Source: Patescibacteria group bacterium (lineage in GTDB: Bacteria > Patescibacteriota > Microgenomatia > UBA12405). Taken from it: a stretch of 64,000 nucleotides of DNA. The translations under genes were made by a program, and so were the position numbers. The stretch covers positions 92,612 through 156,611 of the forward strand of contig WARW01000022.1 in the NCBI GenBank assembly GCA_013387215.1. The letters are read 5' to 3'. The notes beneath the pieces were generated by a model. It did no database searches. It was not told the origin of the DNA and was given only the letters and a program-made list of their open reading frames with translations. The stretch's first letter is position 1. The number at the start of each line of letters is the position of its first letter. This document shows, in pieces, positions 55,742-64,000 of this stretch.

Positions 55742-56683
55742 AGTTTTTGTAATCAAATCATTTAGATTCTTAACACTCTCAGGGTCAGCAATTGAAACTG
55801 AGAGTTTTGCTTTTATGAGAGACATTTCTTTTTTAATTGCCTCAGGATCCATTAAATCGTATTTGGTCAATACAACAATTTCGGGTTTCTCAGCTAATTT
55901 TTGACTGTAATTATTTAGTTCTTTTCTGACAGTTTTATAATCTTTTAAAGGACTTGGAGATTCTGCAGAAACACAATGAATTAACAAACTGGTTCTTTCG
56001 ATATGTTTTAAAAATCGAAAACCTAATCCTTTTCCATCTGCCGCTCCTTCAATTAAACCTGGGATATCGGCAATTATTTTTCCACCACGTGTGACTCCTA
56101 AATTTGGCTCGAGTGTAGTAAAAGCGTAATTAGCAACTTTTGCATTAGCTGTGGTTAATTCGTTTAACAAACTAGTTTTGCCAGCATTAGGAAGACCAAT
56201 CAAGCCAATTTGAGCAATTAATTTTAATTGTAAAAATAAATTCTTAGTTGAGGTTTTAAAACCCTTCTCACACTCTCTAGGTGTTTGATTGGTGGCGGAA
56301 CGAAAGAAATGATTACCACGCCCGCCAGAACCACCCTTAGCCATTAAAACGCGCTGTCCAACTTCAGTAAATTCAACTGAAGTGCCATTGTCATAAGTTG
56401 CTAATGTTCCGACTGGAATATAGATAGTCAAATCCTCGCCGTCTTTTCCATGGCGATTGTTGCGACTGCCAGGTTCACCATTTTGGGCTGAGTAAACTTT
56501 TGCATGTCGAAATTGATTTAATTTACTAACATCAGTGACTGCTTCAAAATATACAGAACCACCTTGGCCACCATCGCCACCATCTGGTCCACCTTTTGGA
56601 CGCCAAGCATCAGTATAGAAATGGACAACACCATTTCCGCCGTCACCACCTTTAATTGTTATTCTAACTTCGTCAATTAGCAT
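55733..56683 (-). CDS. obg: GTPase Obg
   Basis: Gly-rich Obg fold (KGGDGGNGVVHF…GGPDGGDGGQGGSVYF) and G domain (GLPNAGKTSLL). Start set at the internal M (MLIDEVRI…), not the track start at 56728. Confidence 0.9.
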   Translation of the reverse strand: MLIDEVRITIKGGDGGNGVVHFYTDAWRPKGGPDGGDGGQGGSVYFEAVTDVSKLNQFRHAKVYSAQNGEPGSRNNRHGKDGEDLTIYIPVGTLATYDNGTSVEFTEVGQRVLMAKGGSGGRGNHFFRSATNQTPRECEKGFKTSTKNLFLQLKLIAQIGLIGLPNAGKTSLLNELTTANAKVANYAFTTLEPNLGVTRGGKIIADIPGLIEGAADGKGLGFRFLKHIERTSLLIHCVSAESPSPLKDYKTVRKELNNYSQKLAEKPEIVVLTKYDLMDPEAIKKEMSLIKAKLSVSIADPESVKNLNDLITKTLD

Positions 56684-56700
56684 GGGTATATTATACAGTA

Positions 56701-57699
56701 TTAATTTTTTGCCACTAGTTGGCCACAAGCTGCATCAAGACTTTGACCAAAAGACTTTCTAATTGAAAAATTTATACGAGCCTTCTCAAGTCCATAGATG
56801 AATTGATTAAAGGTATTTGTGTTTGATGGTGTCATGCCACCATCAACTTTATTAAGAGGAATAATATTGAGATAAAAAAGGTGATTTGATTGTATAAATT
56901 TAATAATTTTGGATAAATCTTCAAGAGAATCATTAACACCAGACATTAGAGCGTATTCAAAAAATATTTGGCGTTTGGTTTTTTTAGCATATAAGTCACA
57001 AGATTTTTTGAGATCTTCAAGAGAATATTGCCGAGCAATAGGCATAATCGATTCCCTCTTTTTCTGATCTGCAGAATGAAGCGAAACGGCTAAATTAATT
57101 TGAGTGTTTAAATTGGCAAAATCATCTATTCTGTCGACAACACCTGCTGTTGAGATACTAATTTTTCTGACACCAATATCTAGCCCCTCTTTAGAATTTA
57201 TTATATTAATTGCTGAAATCACATTGTCCCAATTTAAAAATGGCTCACCCATCCCCATCAAAACAATCCGACCAACATATTTAGGAAATAATTTTTGATT
57301 CCAAAATATTATCTGATCAACGATTTCGTCTGTTGTTAAGTTTCGTTTGAAACCCATTTTGCCGGTTGCACAAAACTTGCAGGCAAGCGGACAGCCAACC
57401 TGCGAGGAAACGCAAACAGTAATCCATTCGTCATAATTCATTAGAACAGACTCGATTTTTTGACCATCATGTGTTTCGAGTAAGACCTTTTCTGTTTGTT
57501 CACCCACACTAGTTTTTATTGGTTTAAGAGATAGATAATTTAGATTAGCACTAAGAAATTTACGCAGATCTTTGGAAATATCCGTCATATTTTCAAAAGA
57601 ATCAAATCGGCCAGAATAATAGCTTTTGCTTATTTGTTTAAAGCGAAATGACGGCTCTTTTTTGTCTTGCAACAGTTGTTTAAGTTTTGCGAAATCCAT
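56701..57699 (-). CDS. rlmN: radical SAM 23S rRNA/tRNA A-C2 methyltransferase RlmN
   Basis: CxxxCxxC (CPLACKFCATG), MGMGEP, and C-terminal Cys (GQSLDAACGQL). Confidence 0.9.
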   Translation of the reverse strand: MDFAKLKQLLQDKKEPSFRFKQISKSYYSGRFDSFENMTDISKDLRKFLSANLNYLSLKPIKTSVGEQTEKVLLETHDGQKIESVLMNYDEWITVCVSSQVGCPLACKFCATGKMGFKRNLTTDEIVDQIIFWNQKLFPKYVGRIVLMGMGEPFLNWDNVISAINIINSKEGLDIGVRKISISTAGVVDRIDDFANLNTQINLAVSLHSADQKKRESIMPIARQYSLEDLKKSCDLYAKKTKRQIFFEYALMSGVNDSLEDLSKIIKFIQSNHLFYLNIIPLNKVDGGMTPSNTNTFNQFIYGLEKARINFSIRKSFGQSLDAACGQLVAKN

Positions 57700-57725
57700 G
57701 AATGTAGTATCTCACAAACAGAAAC

Positions 57726-58040
57726 TTACTTATTAATAGCGTTGACGTAATCAATTTTTTGACGAAAACCAACAAATGATTCGACTAACTCGCCATCATT
57801 AAAAAGTAGAACTGTAGGGATTGCGGAAACATTATATTTGTCTCCAAGTTCGCTTTGTTCATCAACATTAATTTTGGTCAACTTAACTTTACCTTTTAAT
57901 TCTTCACTGATTTCATCCAAAACTGGACTAAGCATTTGACATGGACCACACCAAGGCGCCCAGAAATCGACTAGTACTTTACCTTTAGAATTAATAACTT
58001 CATCTTGAAAATTTTGGGTTGTGAGATCGATATGGGTCAT
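57726..58040 (-). CDS. trxA: thioredoxin
   Basis: WAPWCGPC active site. 104 aa. Confidence 0.9.
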   Translation of the reverse strand: MTHIDLTTQNFQDEVINSKGKVLVDFWAPWCGPCQMLSPVLDEISEELKGKVKLTKINVDEQSELGDKYNVSAIPTVLLFNDGELVESFVGFRQKIDYVNAINK

Positions 58041-58042
58041 AA

Positions 58043-58471
58043 TTATTTAGATTTAACTAATTTAGCAGTGTAAATTATTTGTCGTAATACACCATCAGCG
58101 CCTTCAATTTGATTAGAACCGGAGAGAGTGACATATTGGGCCAAATAATCGGATAATGCTGTTTTAAGTTCTTTAATTTGAGATTGTGTGTCTTGAAGTT
58201 TTTCGACAATATGGGTGGCTTCGGGCTTGGTCATGACTTTTTGTTTAGCAATGGTCTTGAGCTTGGCTTGTTTTTTAGCTTCAATAGCTGCTTCTTGATA
58301 TTCCAAATCATTTTCCAAAAGAGCATCGATCATTGATTTTTGCTCTTTGTATTCTTTGTCAAGAATTTCAAAGCGGGACATAGTACTGTTAATTAACGAT
58401 TCAACACTGAGAAGGTTGACCGCTTGATTGGTTTGATTAGATTCGGTAGTCATACCGTTTAACTTTAACAA
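58043..58471 (-). CDS. hypothetical coiled-coil protein (142 aa)
   Basis: ORF tightly packed between trxA and dus. Heptad-rich. Confidence 0.45.
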   Translation of the reverse strand: MLKLNGMTTESNQTNQAVNLLSVESLINSTMSRFEILDKEYKEQKSMIDALLENDLEYQEAAIEAKKQAKLKTIAKQKVMTKPEATHIVEKLQDTQSQIKELKTALSDYLAQYVTLSGSNQIEGADGVLRQIIYTAKLVKSK

Positions 58472-59511
58472 TTTACAAATTCACCTTCAAGCGTCAAAAG
58501 TTCTTCAACTGAATTAAGTCTTACTAAAGATGCACGTAGTTGTTTAGCATTGCTCAAACCATAGGAATAAAGAATAAAATGTTTTCTTAAGCTATCAAAG
58601 GATCGGTGAGGAAATACTTCTTTAAAAATTTGAGCGTGTAAGAGCATGGCGGAAAATTTTTCCTTAGGACTGGCAATATGATCATTAAAAGCCCAAGGAT
58701 TACCCATGGCACTGCGACCAATCAAAACGCCAGTTACGCCATATTTATGGCAGTATTCTTTAGCAATAGTCTTAGTTTTTACATCTCCATTACCCCAGAT
58801 TTTAGTATCATAGTTTTTAGCAATTTGAACTGCTTTTTCTATTTCTTCCCAGCCAGCAGTACCTGCATAACCTTGTTTTAAAGTTCTACCGTGAAGAGTG
58901 ATTATATCTATACCTTGATTCAATAAATGAGTGATCCATTGCTCAACAATAGATTTATCGATACCAAGTCGAGTTTTAACTGAAATAGTTGGTTTGTATG
59001 AGCAGTCTTGTTTTAGATTAGAATATTTTTTATTTCTTTTAATAACTTCTAATGTTTTATTATTTAGACCAATTTTATCGATAGAAACTTTTTTATTAAA
59101 CCAATCATCAATTCCTTTTTTTGCCGCCTTGATTATTTCAGCTGCCAATTCAGGTTTTCCAATTAAAGCAGCACCACTGCCATGCTGGGTAACAGTTTTA
59201 GCAGGACAACCCATATTGATATCAACACCATCGAAGCCAAGTTCACAAAGGACGATGGCTGATTTATAGAAACTTTCTGGATCCTTACCAAATAACTGCC
59301 CAACTATCGGCCTTTCTTGAGGAGAATATAAAAGAGTGTCGTAGAGTTTAACTCCACCACGACTTAGACCTTCAGCACTTACAAATTCAGTAAAAATAAC
59401 GTCTGGCTTTTCAATTTGAGTCTGAACTAATCTGAAGGCTTCGTCGGTGACACCGTCCATTGGGGCAAGACCAACGACTTCATTTTGTTGCAAAAGTTGT
59501 CTGAAATTCAT
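58465..59511 (-). CDS. tRNA-dihydrouridine synthase
   Basis: LAPMDGVTDEAFR N-terminus. FMN-binding TIM-barrel blocks (DINMGCP, catalytic Cys region). Confidence 0.85.
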   Translation of the reverse strand: MNFRQLLQQNEVVGLAPMDGVTDEAFRLVQTQIEKPDVIFTEFVSAEGLSRGGVKLYDTLLYSPQERPIVGQLFGKDPESFYKSAIVLCELGFDGVDINMGCPAKTVTQHGSGAALIGKPELAAEIIKAAKKGIDDWFNKKVSIDKIGLNNKTLEVIKRNKKYSNLKQDCSYKPTISVKTRLGIDKSIVEQWITHLLNQGIDIITLHGRTLKQGYAGTAGWEEIEKAVQIAKNYDTKIWGNGDVKTKTIAKEYCHKYGVTGVLIGRSAMGNPWAFNDHIASPKEKFSAMLLHAQIFKEVFPHRSFDSLRKHFILYSYGLSNAKQLRASLVRLNSVEELLTLEGEFVNC

Positions 59512-60125
59512 TATTTATTTCTTTTGTTTTTGTTTCTTGAAGCAAACTTTGAACCTTGTCGAGATCCAAAATTTCTAGATTCAAAAACAGATTGACGAAC
59601 ATGATTAGGACCATTTGATCTTCTGTTTTGTTCGTTTCTGGCAGCTAATTTAGCTGAACTACCGCCTCGACGAGTTGGTTTCCATGTTTCAGTAGCTGCT
59701 GGTTTTCTGGCTCGTGGAGTGAAACCATTAATATTGGAAGAAGTATTATCTCTTTCTATTTTTTCACCAGTATTATATTCAAAAGCACTCATGTGTCGAC
59801 CTTTATATTTTTGATCCAGAGCTTCAATGTGGCGAGTTTTGCCTTCTGGAGTATCGTAGGGATCGGGCTGGGCATAATCAACAATTATGGTTCGTTCATC
59901 AATTCTGTAACCATGATATTTTTTCTTGGCATTAACTGCATCATTTACATTTTCATACTCAACATACGCCATACCACGGCTTCGGTTCCATCTGTTTTTG
60001 ATTACTTTAATAGAAACTACCTTTCCTTCGGTAATAAAAAGGCTTAATAAATCACCTTCAGTGGTGTCATACGGAAGACTGCCGATGAAAAGTCTTTTAG
60101 AAATTTGCTTACTGTTTGGGGCCAT
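59511..60125 (-). CDS. RRM-domain RNA-binding protein with Arg/Gly/Ser/Asn-rich C-terminal tail
   Basis: RNP2 LFIGSL and RNP1 RGMAYVEY. Confidence 0.7.
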   Translation of the reverse strand: MAPNSKQISKRLFIGSLPYDTTEGDLLSLFITEGKVVSIKVIKNRWNRSRGMAYVEYENVNDAVNAKKKYHGYRIDERTIIVDYAQPDPYDTPEGKTRHIEALDQKYKGRHMSAFEYNTGEKIERDNTSSNINGFTPRARKPAATETWKPTRRGGSSAKLAARNEQNRRSNGPNHVRQSVFESRNFGSRQGSKFASRNKNKRNK

Positions 60126-60223
60126 AATTATTTTTGTATTTTACCCTATTTTGACGCTAAATTCAAATAAGAAAAATAAATTATATAATTTATTATATTA
60201 TGATTTTAGCTTAAAATGAAGTT

Positions 60224-60856
60224 ATGCTTAAATATGAAACCATAGTATTGGGAGACTTGGGAACTAATTGTTATTTGGTTTGGAACGAAGAAACAAAAGA
60301 ATGTTTTATTATCGATCCAGCAGATGATGGTGTAGGGATTTCAGATATGATAAGTTCCAAAGGCTTAAACCCGGTTGGCATCCTTTTGACTCATGGGCAT
60401 TTTGATCATACCTTGGCCGCTTTGGATTTAAAATTAATTTTTAATATTCCAGTTTATTGCAGTCAACAGGATATATTTTTATTAAAAAGACAAAATCAAA
60501 CAGCAACTCATTTTTTAAAAAGAAGAGTTTTTGCTCCAAACCTAAACAATATTGATATAGACCTTGATGATACAAAAGAAATATTTTTAGGTGATGAAAT
60601 ACTTCAAGTGATTAAAACACCAGGACACACACCTGGCAGTGTTTGTTTTTATAACCGCGAAAATGGACTGCTTTTTAGTGGTGATACTCTTTTTGCCGGT
60701 CTTAGGGGAAGAACTGATTTAAAGTATAGCTCCACCGAAGAAATATTTAAAAGTCTTAAAAATTTAATGAAGCTACCTGACGACACACTAGTTTTGCCGG
60801 GCCACGGAGAGGAAACCACGATTGGACGAGAATCGGAAAGATATATTAAAGATTAA
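60224..60856 (+). CDS. MBL-fold metallo-hydrolase (glyoxalase-II-like)
   Basis: THGHFDHT motif, downstream His (PGHTPG) and Asp/His ligands. Confidence 0.8.
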   Translation: MLKYETIVLGDLGTNCYLVWNEETKECFIIDPADDGVGISDMISSKGLNPVGILLTHGHFDHTLAALDLKLIFNIPVYCSQQDIFLLKRQNQTATHFLKRRVFAPNLNNIDIDLDDTKEIFLGDEILQVIKTPGHTPGSVCFYNRENGLLFSGDTLFAGLRGRTDLKYSSTEEIFKSLKNLMKLPDDTLVLPGHGEETTIGRESERYIKD

Positions 60857-61154
60857 GCTTTATCGTCTTCTTTAAGATTGTGAATAGTTTCGTCGAAGTT
60901 TTTGATATGGTCTTGTTTAATACTTTCCAAAAGTTCAATCAATAAACCATTGATATATGATTTAACGCCCAATGCTTGTTCAGGTGTTAATTTTAATTCT
61001 TGAGTTAATTCTTCTATGGTTTTCATACTTTTTTAACAAAGCAATAATAAATAGAACTGGATATTTATATCATTTATGAGGCAAAAATCCAATTGATCTC
61101 TTATTTTACAAAAATATTAGCTAAAATAGTATAATAGTTCGCAAGCTCACCAAT

Positions 61155-61223
61155 GCCCCGTCGTCTAATGGTAGGACAATCGGCTCTGAACCGGTTAATT
61201 GTGGTTCGAATCCATGCGGGGCA
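61155..61223 (+). tRNA. tRNA-Gln (anticodon CUG)
   Basis: Manual cloverleaf: acceptor GCCCCGT/GCGGGGC, anticodon stem ATCGG/CCGGT, loop CTCTGAA, T-loop TTCGAAT, discriminator A. Confidence 0.8.
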
Positions 61224-61351
61224 ACACAATCCAAATGTTTCATGGTTCGAATCTCCCCTCAAGGGGGATCCTAGACATGCGGGGCAACACAATCCAAATG
61301 TTTTATGGTTCAAATCTCCCCTCAAGGGGGATCCTAGACATGCGGGGCAAC
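61215..61351 (+). repeat. two 63-bp tandem direct repeats plus a partial third, each re-duplicating the tRNA-Gln 3-prime end (GGTTCGAATC…CATGCGGGGCAAC) and containing an embedded TCCCC-TCAA-GGGGA hairpin
   Basis: TGCGGGGCAAC recurs at 61215, 61278 and 61341. Units differ at 2 positions (C/T, G/A). Confidence 0.75.
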
Positions 61352-61369
61352 AAATATTTTTGGTAGAAT

Positions 61370-61831
61370 TTGTTTATGAATATCAAAAGAGCAGCTAGAA
61401 CAGTGATTGTTGATGAAAATAATTTAATCGCTTTAATTGATGTAAGAAATGGCGAGTATTATAAAATTCCTGGAGGAGGCATTGAAGAGGGAGAAACAGA
61501 AATTGAAGCGGCAATGAGAGAAGCTTCTGAGGAAGCCGGATGCGAAATTGTAATCGGCCCTAAGATTGGTGAAAATGAATTTTTAGATAATAATTCGGAA
61601 TACGGAGAAACAGTACATCATTCAGTTTGTTTTTTAGCAAAAAAAGTTGGAGAAAGCAAAAAGACAAGTTTTAATGAATGGGAAAAAAGTAACAATATGA
61701 AATTAATATGGGTAACAGTTCCACAAGCTTTGAAACTTTTTGAAAACGTGAGTACAACTGATGAGTTTGCATCAAAAATTAACGAGAGAGACTACAATTT
61801 TGTTCTTAAGGCTAAAGAGCTGCTGAAATAA
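61370..61831 (+). CDS. NUDIX hydrolase
   Basis: Nudix box GGGIEEGETEIEAAMREASEEAGCE. Confidence 0.75.
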   Translation: MFMNIKRAARTVIVDENNLIALIDVRNGEYYKIPGGGIEEGETEIEAAMREASEEAGCEIVIGPKIGENEFLDNNSEYGETVHHSVCFLAKKVGESKKTSFNEWEKSNNMKLIWVTVPQALKLFENVSTTDEFASKINERDYNFVLKAKELLK

Positions 61832-61863
61832 TATTTTGTTAAATACTAAAGATATAATTAAGG

Positions 61864-62445
61864 ATGAGTTTTGATGAGCAAGATATTTTTGAGAAAAATG
61901 AATTTTTTCAATTAGATTTGCAAAAAGAAATAATAAAATCAAAAGAGTTTGAAAATTGCAAGTTTAGCAAATGCAGTTTTGTAGGGACGGAATTTATAAA
62001 ATGCAGATTTAACGAATGTATGTTTGAAAACTGCATTATGAGTGGAGTTAATTTTAGTGGAAGCAATTTACTAGATTTAGATTTTATTAAATCAAAAGTA
62101 TTAGGAATAGATTGGACAAAAACGTTTAATATAAATTATCTACAATTTAAAGAATGCCAATTAAATTATTCAAATTTCAGATACTTAAAATTATCAAAGT
62201 TAGTAATTACTAATTCCGAGGCAAAAGAAGTCGATTTTATTGGTGCAGAAATTCCAGAAGTAGACTTTAGGGGAAGCAATCTGGAAGGTGCTATTTTTTC
62301 AAAAACAAATCTTTATAAAGCAAATTTCAAAAAAGCTTCAAATTTTTCGATTGATTTTAAAACTAATAATATTAAAAAGGCAAAGTTTTTGCTTGCAGAT
62401 GCAATTAGTTTATTAAGCGGCTTGGATATAATTATTGAAAATTGA
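61864..62445 (+). CDS. pentapeptide-repeat protein
   Basis: Tandem A(D/N)LxF-type pentads (CKFSKCSFVGTEFIKCRFNECMFENCIMSGVNFSGSNL…). Confidence 0.75.
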   Translation: MSFDEQDIFEKNEFFQLDLQKEIIKSKEFENCKFSKCSFVGTEFIKCRFNECMFENCIMSGVNFSGSNLLDLDFIKSKVLGIDWTKTFNINYLQFKECQLNYSNFRYLKLSKLVITNSEAKEVDFIGAEIPEVDFRGSNLEGAIFSKTNLYKANFKKASNFSIDFKTNNIKKAKFLLADAISLLSGLDIIIEN

Positions 62446-62447
62446 AT

Positions 62448-63056
62448 CTAAAGTTTATTAATTAAAATGTTAATTAGATAATTTGCAATTGGATAAATAA
62501 CTTTATTTAAGACTGTATTAAAAGATATAAATAAAATAATTATAAATATCAGTCCATAACGATCCAAAGAAAACCATTTTTGACTTAAAGAATTAGGCAA
62601 CAATCCCCCAACTACTCGAGAACCATCGAGGGGCGGTATGGGAAGTAAATTTAGGATAGCTAAAAAAACATTTATAGTAATTGCAAAAGTTAACATTTGA
62701 TAGGCAATTACGTTTATTTGAAAAAAATGCAGTAATAGCGTGGCCACAAAAGCAATTAAAAGATTGGTTATTGGACCAGCTATGGCAGTGATTGCAAAAT
62801 CTTTTTTAATATTTTTAAATTTTTTAGGATTAATTGGAACTGGTTTGGCTCCACCAAAAATAAAAGGACTGCCGACTAATATAAAAAATAATGGCAGAAG
62901 TATTGTAAAAATGGGATCGATGTGTGGAAGAGGATTTAGAGTTAAACGTCCTGATTTTTGGGCGGTATCGTCTCCAAAGAATTGAGCCACTAAACCGTGA
63001 GACAGTTCATGAAGAATGACGGAATAAATTATTATAATCAAATAGATTAATGTCAT
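62448..63056 (-). CDS. site-2-protease-class (M50) zinc metalloprotease, small membrane form
   Basis: HExxH in a TM helix (ILHELSHGLVAQ). Four or more TM segments. Confidence 0.7.
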   Translation of the reverse strand: MTLIYLIIIIYSVILHELSHGLVAQFFGDDTAQKSGRLTLNPLPHIDPIFTILLPLFFILVGSPFIFGGAKPVPINPKKFKNIKKDFAITAIAGPITNLLIAFVATLLLHFFQINVIAYQMLTFAITINVFLAILNLLPIPPLDGSRVVGGLLPNSLSQKWFSLDRYGLIFIIILFISFNTVLNKVIYPIANYLINILINKL

Positions 63057-64000
63057 TATTTTGCAGATTGCAAAACTACCTGGACAATCATTGTTTTATT
63101 ATTTCTCCAAATTTCTATTGGCACTTTATTCCCTACTTTTTGAAGTAAAATCAAACTACTTAATTCATTAGTACCATCCGAACTTACTGATTGTCCAGCA
63201 AATTTAGTGATAATATCATTAGCTTTTATTCCCGCCATGTTAGCTGGTGAATTAGGCAACACTTCAACGACATATGCACCAGGAACACTACCCATTGAGC
63301 TAGCTTGACTTGAATCTAGAGCAACATATCTGACTCCTAAAAACGGCTGCTGAAAATTTTGACCATTATTTTGAAAGGCATTTATTAAATCCTTGGCCAC
63401 ATTAACAGGTATAGCAAATCCTAAATTTGAACCAGAGACTGAAACGGCTGTGTTAATACCAATAACATTGCCATTGGAATCCAACAATGGTCCGCCAGAA
63501 TTTCCTGGACTTATTGGAGCATCAGTTTGGATGACATTGTTAAGCTGTTCAACTGATCCTAGAAATGGAGTTCCAGCTTTTATTCCACGGCTAACTCCAG
63601 AAATAACACCAGAAGTAACTGTGTTTCTAAACTCACCCAACGGTGTTCCAATAGCAATGGCGGTTTGACCAAGTTGAAGCGATGAAGAGTCGCCTAAAAC
63701 TACAGGTTTTAGTCCAGCTGCATCTATTTTTAATATTGCTAAATCATTTAAAGGATCTTTGTAAATTTTTTTTACATCAAAGGTTTCATTATTATTAGTG
63801 ATAACACTATAATTCCCTGATACGTCTGATACTACATGTTTATTGGTTAAAATTAGCCCGTCGGAAGAAACTATAAATCCCGAGCCGATATTGTTCGAAG
63901 TATTATCGGTTTTAGAAGAAATTGTGACTACCGATGGCAAATTAGATTTGACTGCCGAAGTAATAGCCGATTCTTCTGGATTTGTTATCTTTTCAGTATT
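63056..64000 (-). CDS. HtrA/DegP-family trypsin-like serine protease with PDZ domain (N-terminus beyond window end)
   Basis: Catalytic His (TNKHVV), Asp, and Ser (GNSGGPLLD). C-terminal PDZ. The reading frame stays open through 64000. Confidence 0.85.
   Translation of the reverse strand, partial: NTEKITNPEESAITSAVKSNLPSVVTISSKTDNTSNNIGSGFIVSSDGLILTNKHVVSDVSGNYSVITNNNETFDVKKIYKDPLNDLAILKIDAAGLKPVVLGDSSSLQLGQTAIAIGTPLGEFRNTVTSGVISGVSRGIKAGTPFLGSVEQLNNVIQTDAPISPGNSGGPLLDSNGNVIGINTAVSVSGSNLGFAIPVNVAKDLINAFQNNGQNFQQPFLGVRYVALDSSQASSMGSVPGAYVVEVLPNSPANMAGIKANDIITKFAGQSVSSDGTNELSSLILLQKVGNKVPIEIWRNNKTMIVQVVLQSAK

Noticed and set aside
56684-56728. 15-aa N-terminal extension on Obg (MWPTSGKKLILYNIP)
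   Set aside because: Obg proteins start at the MxxDExxI motif (MLIDEVRI here). The extension would also overlap the rlmN 3-prime end by 28 nt.
60853-61025. 57-aa minus-strand ORF (MKTIEELTQELKLTPEQALGVKSYINGLLIELLESIKQDHIKNFDETIHNLKEDDKA)
   Set aside because: No RBS or promoter is visible. Its stop overlaps the MBL gene stop. It could be a real small protein, but the evidence is insufficient to list it as a feature.
61215-61351. Possible mini-CRISPR array
   Set aside because: Only two full units. The 'spacers' are part of the repeated unit itself, and there are no cas genes. It fits tRNA 3-prime-end duplication better.
61153-61398. 81-aa ORF (and antisense 61101-61325) with the internal protein repeat HAGQHNPNV.WF.SPLKGDPR
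   Set aside because: It reads straight through tRNA-Gln and the 63-bp tandem DNA repeats. The protein repeat simply mirrors the DNA repeat. It is not coding.

Overview
AT-rich (~33% GC), gene-dense bacterial window whose features suggest a CPR/Patescibacteria-like genome (inference): leaderless TATAAT-ATG starts, domain-reduced UvrC and Rel, and many glycosyltransferases. The core content is housekeeping: lysS (partial), greA, relA/spoT-like, a Tyr/Trp-type aaRS, uvrC/uvrA/uvrB, comM(yifB)-yraN-dprA, tRNA-Glu, lon, era, obg, rlmN, trxA, dus, rpsD, argS, pgm, alpha-glucan phosphorylase and a GldG-type ABC exporter. The stand-out region is ~24.8-39.5 kb. It holds a translationally coupled glycan-biosynthesis operon headed by a 1322-aa fusion protein (processive GT2 with QxxRW + Wzx/MOP-like flippase + GT4). 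This is followed by a second GT2, a NodB deacetylase, a SAM methyltransferase, a GT4 and two GT-C-fold membrane glycosyltransferases. Two paralogous secreted clan-A glycoside-hydrolase-like proteins bracket the operon, one carrying a PA14 domain and one a CarboxypepD_reg domain. I read this as a candidate novel surface-glycan or protein O-glycosylation system. Secondary oddities are: a tRNA-Gln followed by two 63-bp tandem copies of its own 3-prime end; a CIRCE-like operator on the lon promoter; a perfect 15-bp palindrome abutting the rpsD start; a terminator-like hairpin in the greA leader; and an MscL with a zinc-ribbon tail. No CRISPR array, transposase, integrase or recognisable defence system is visible.
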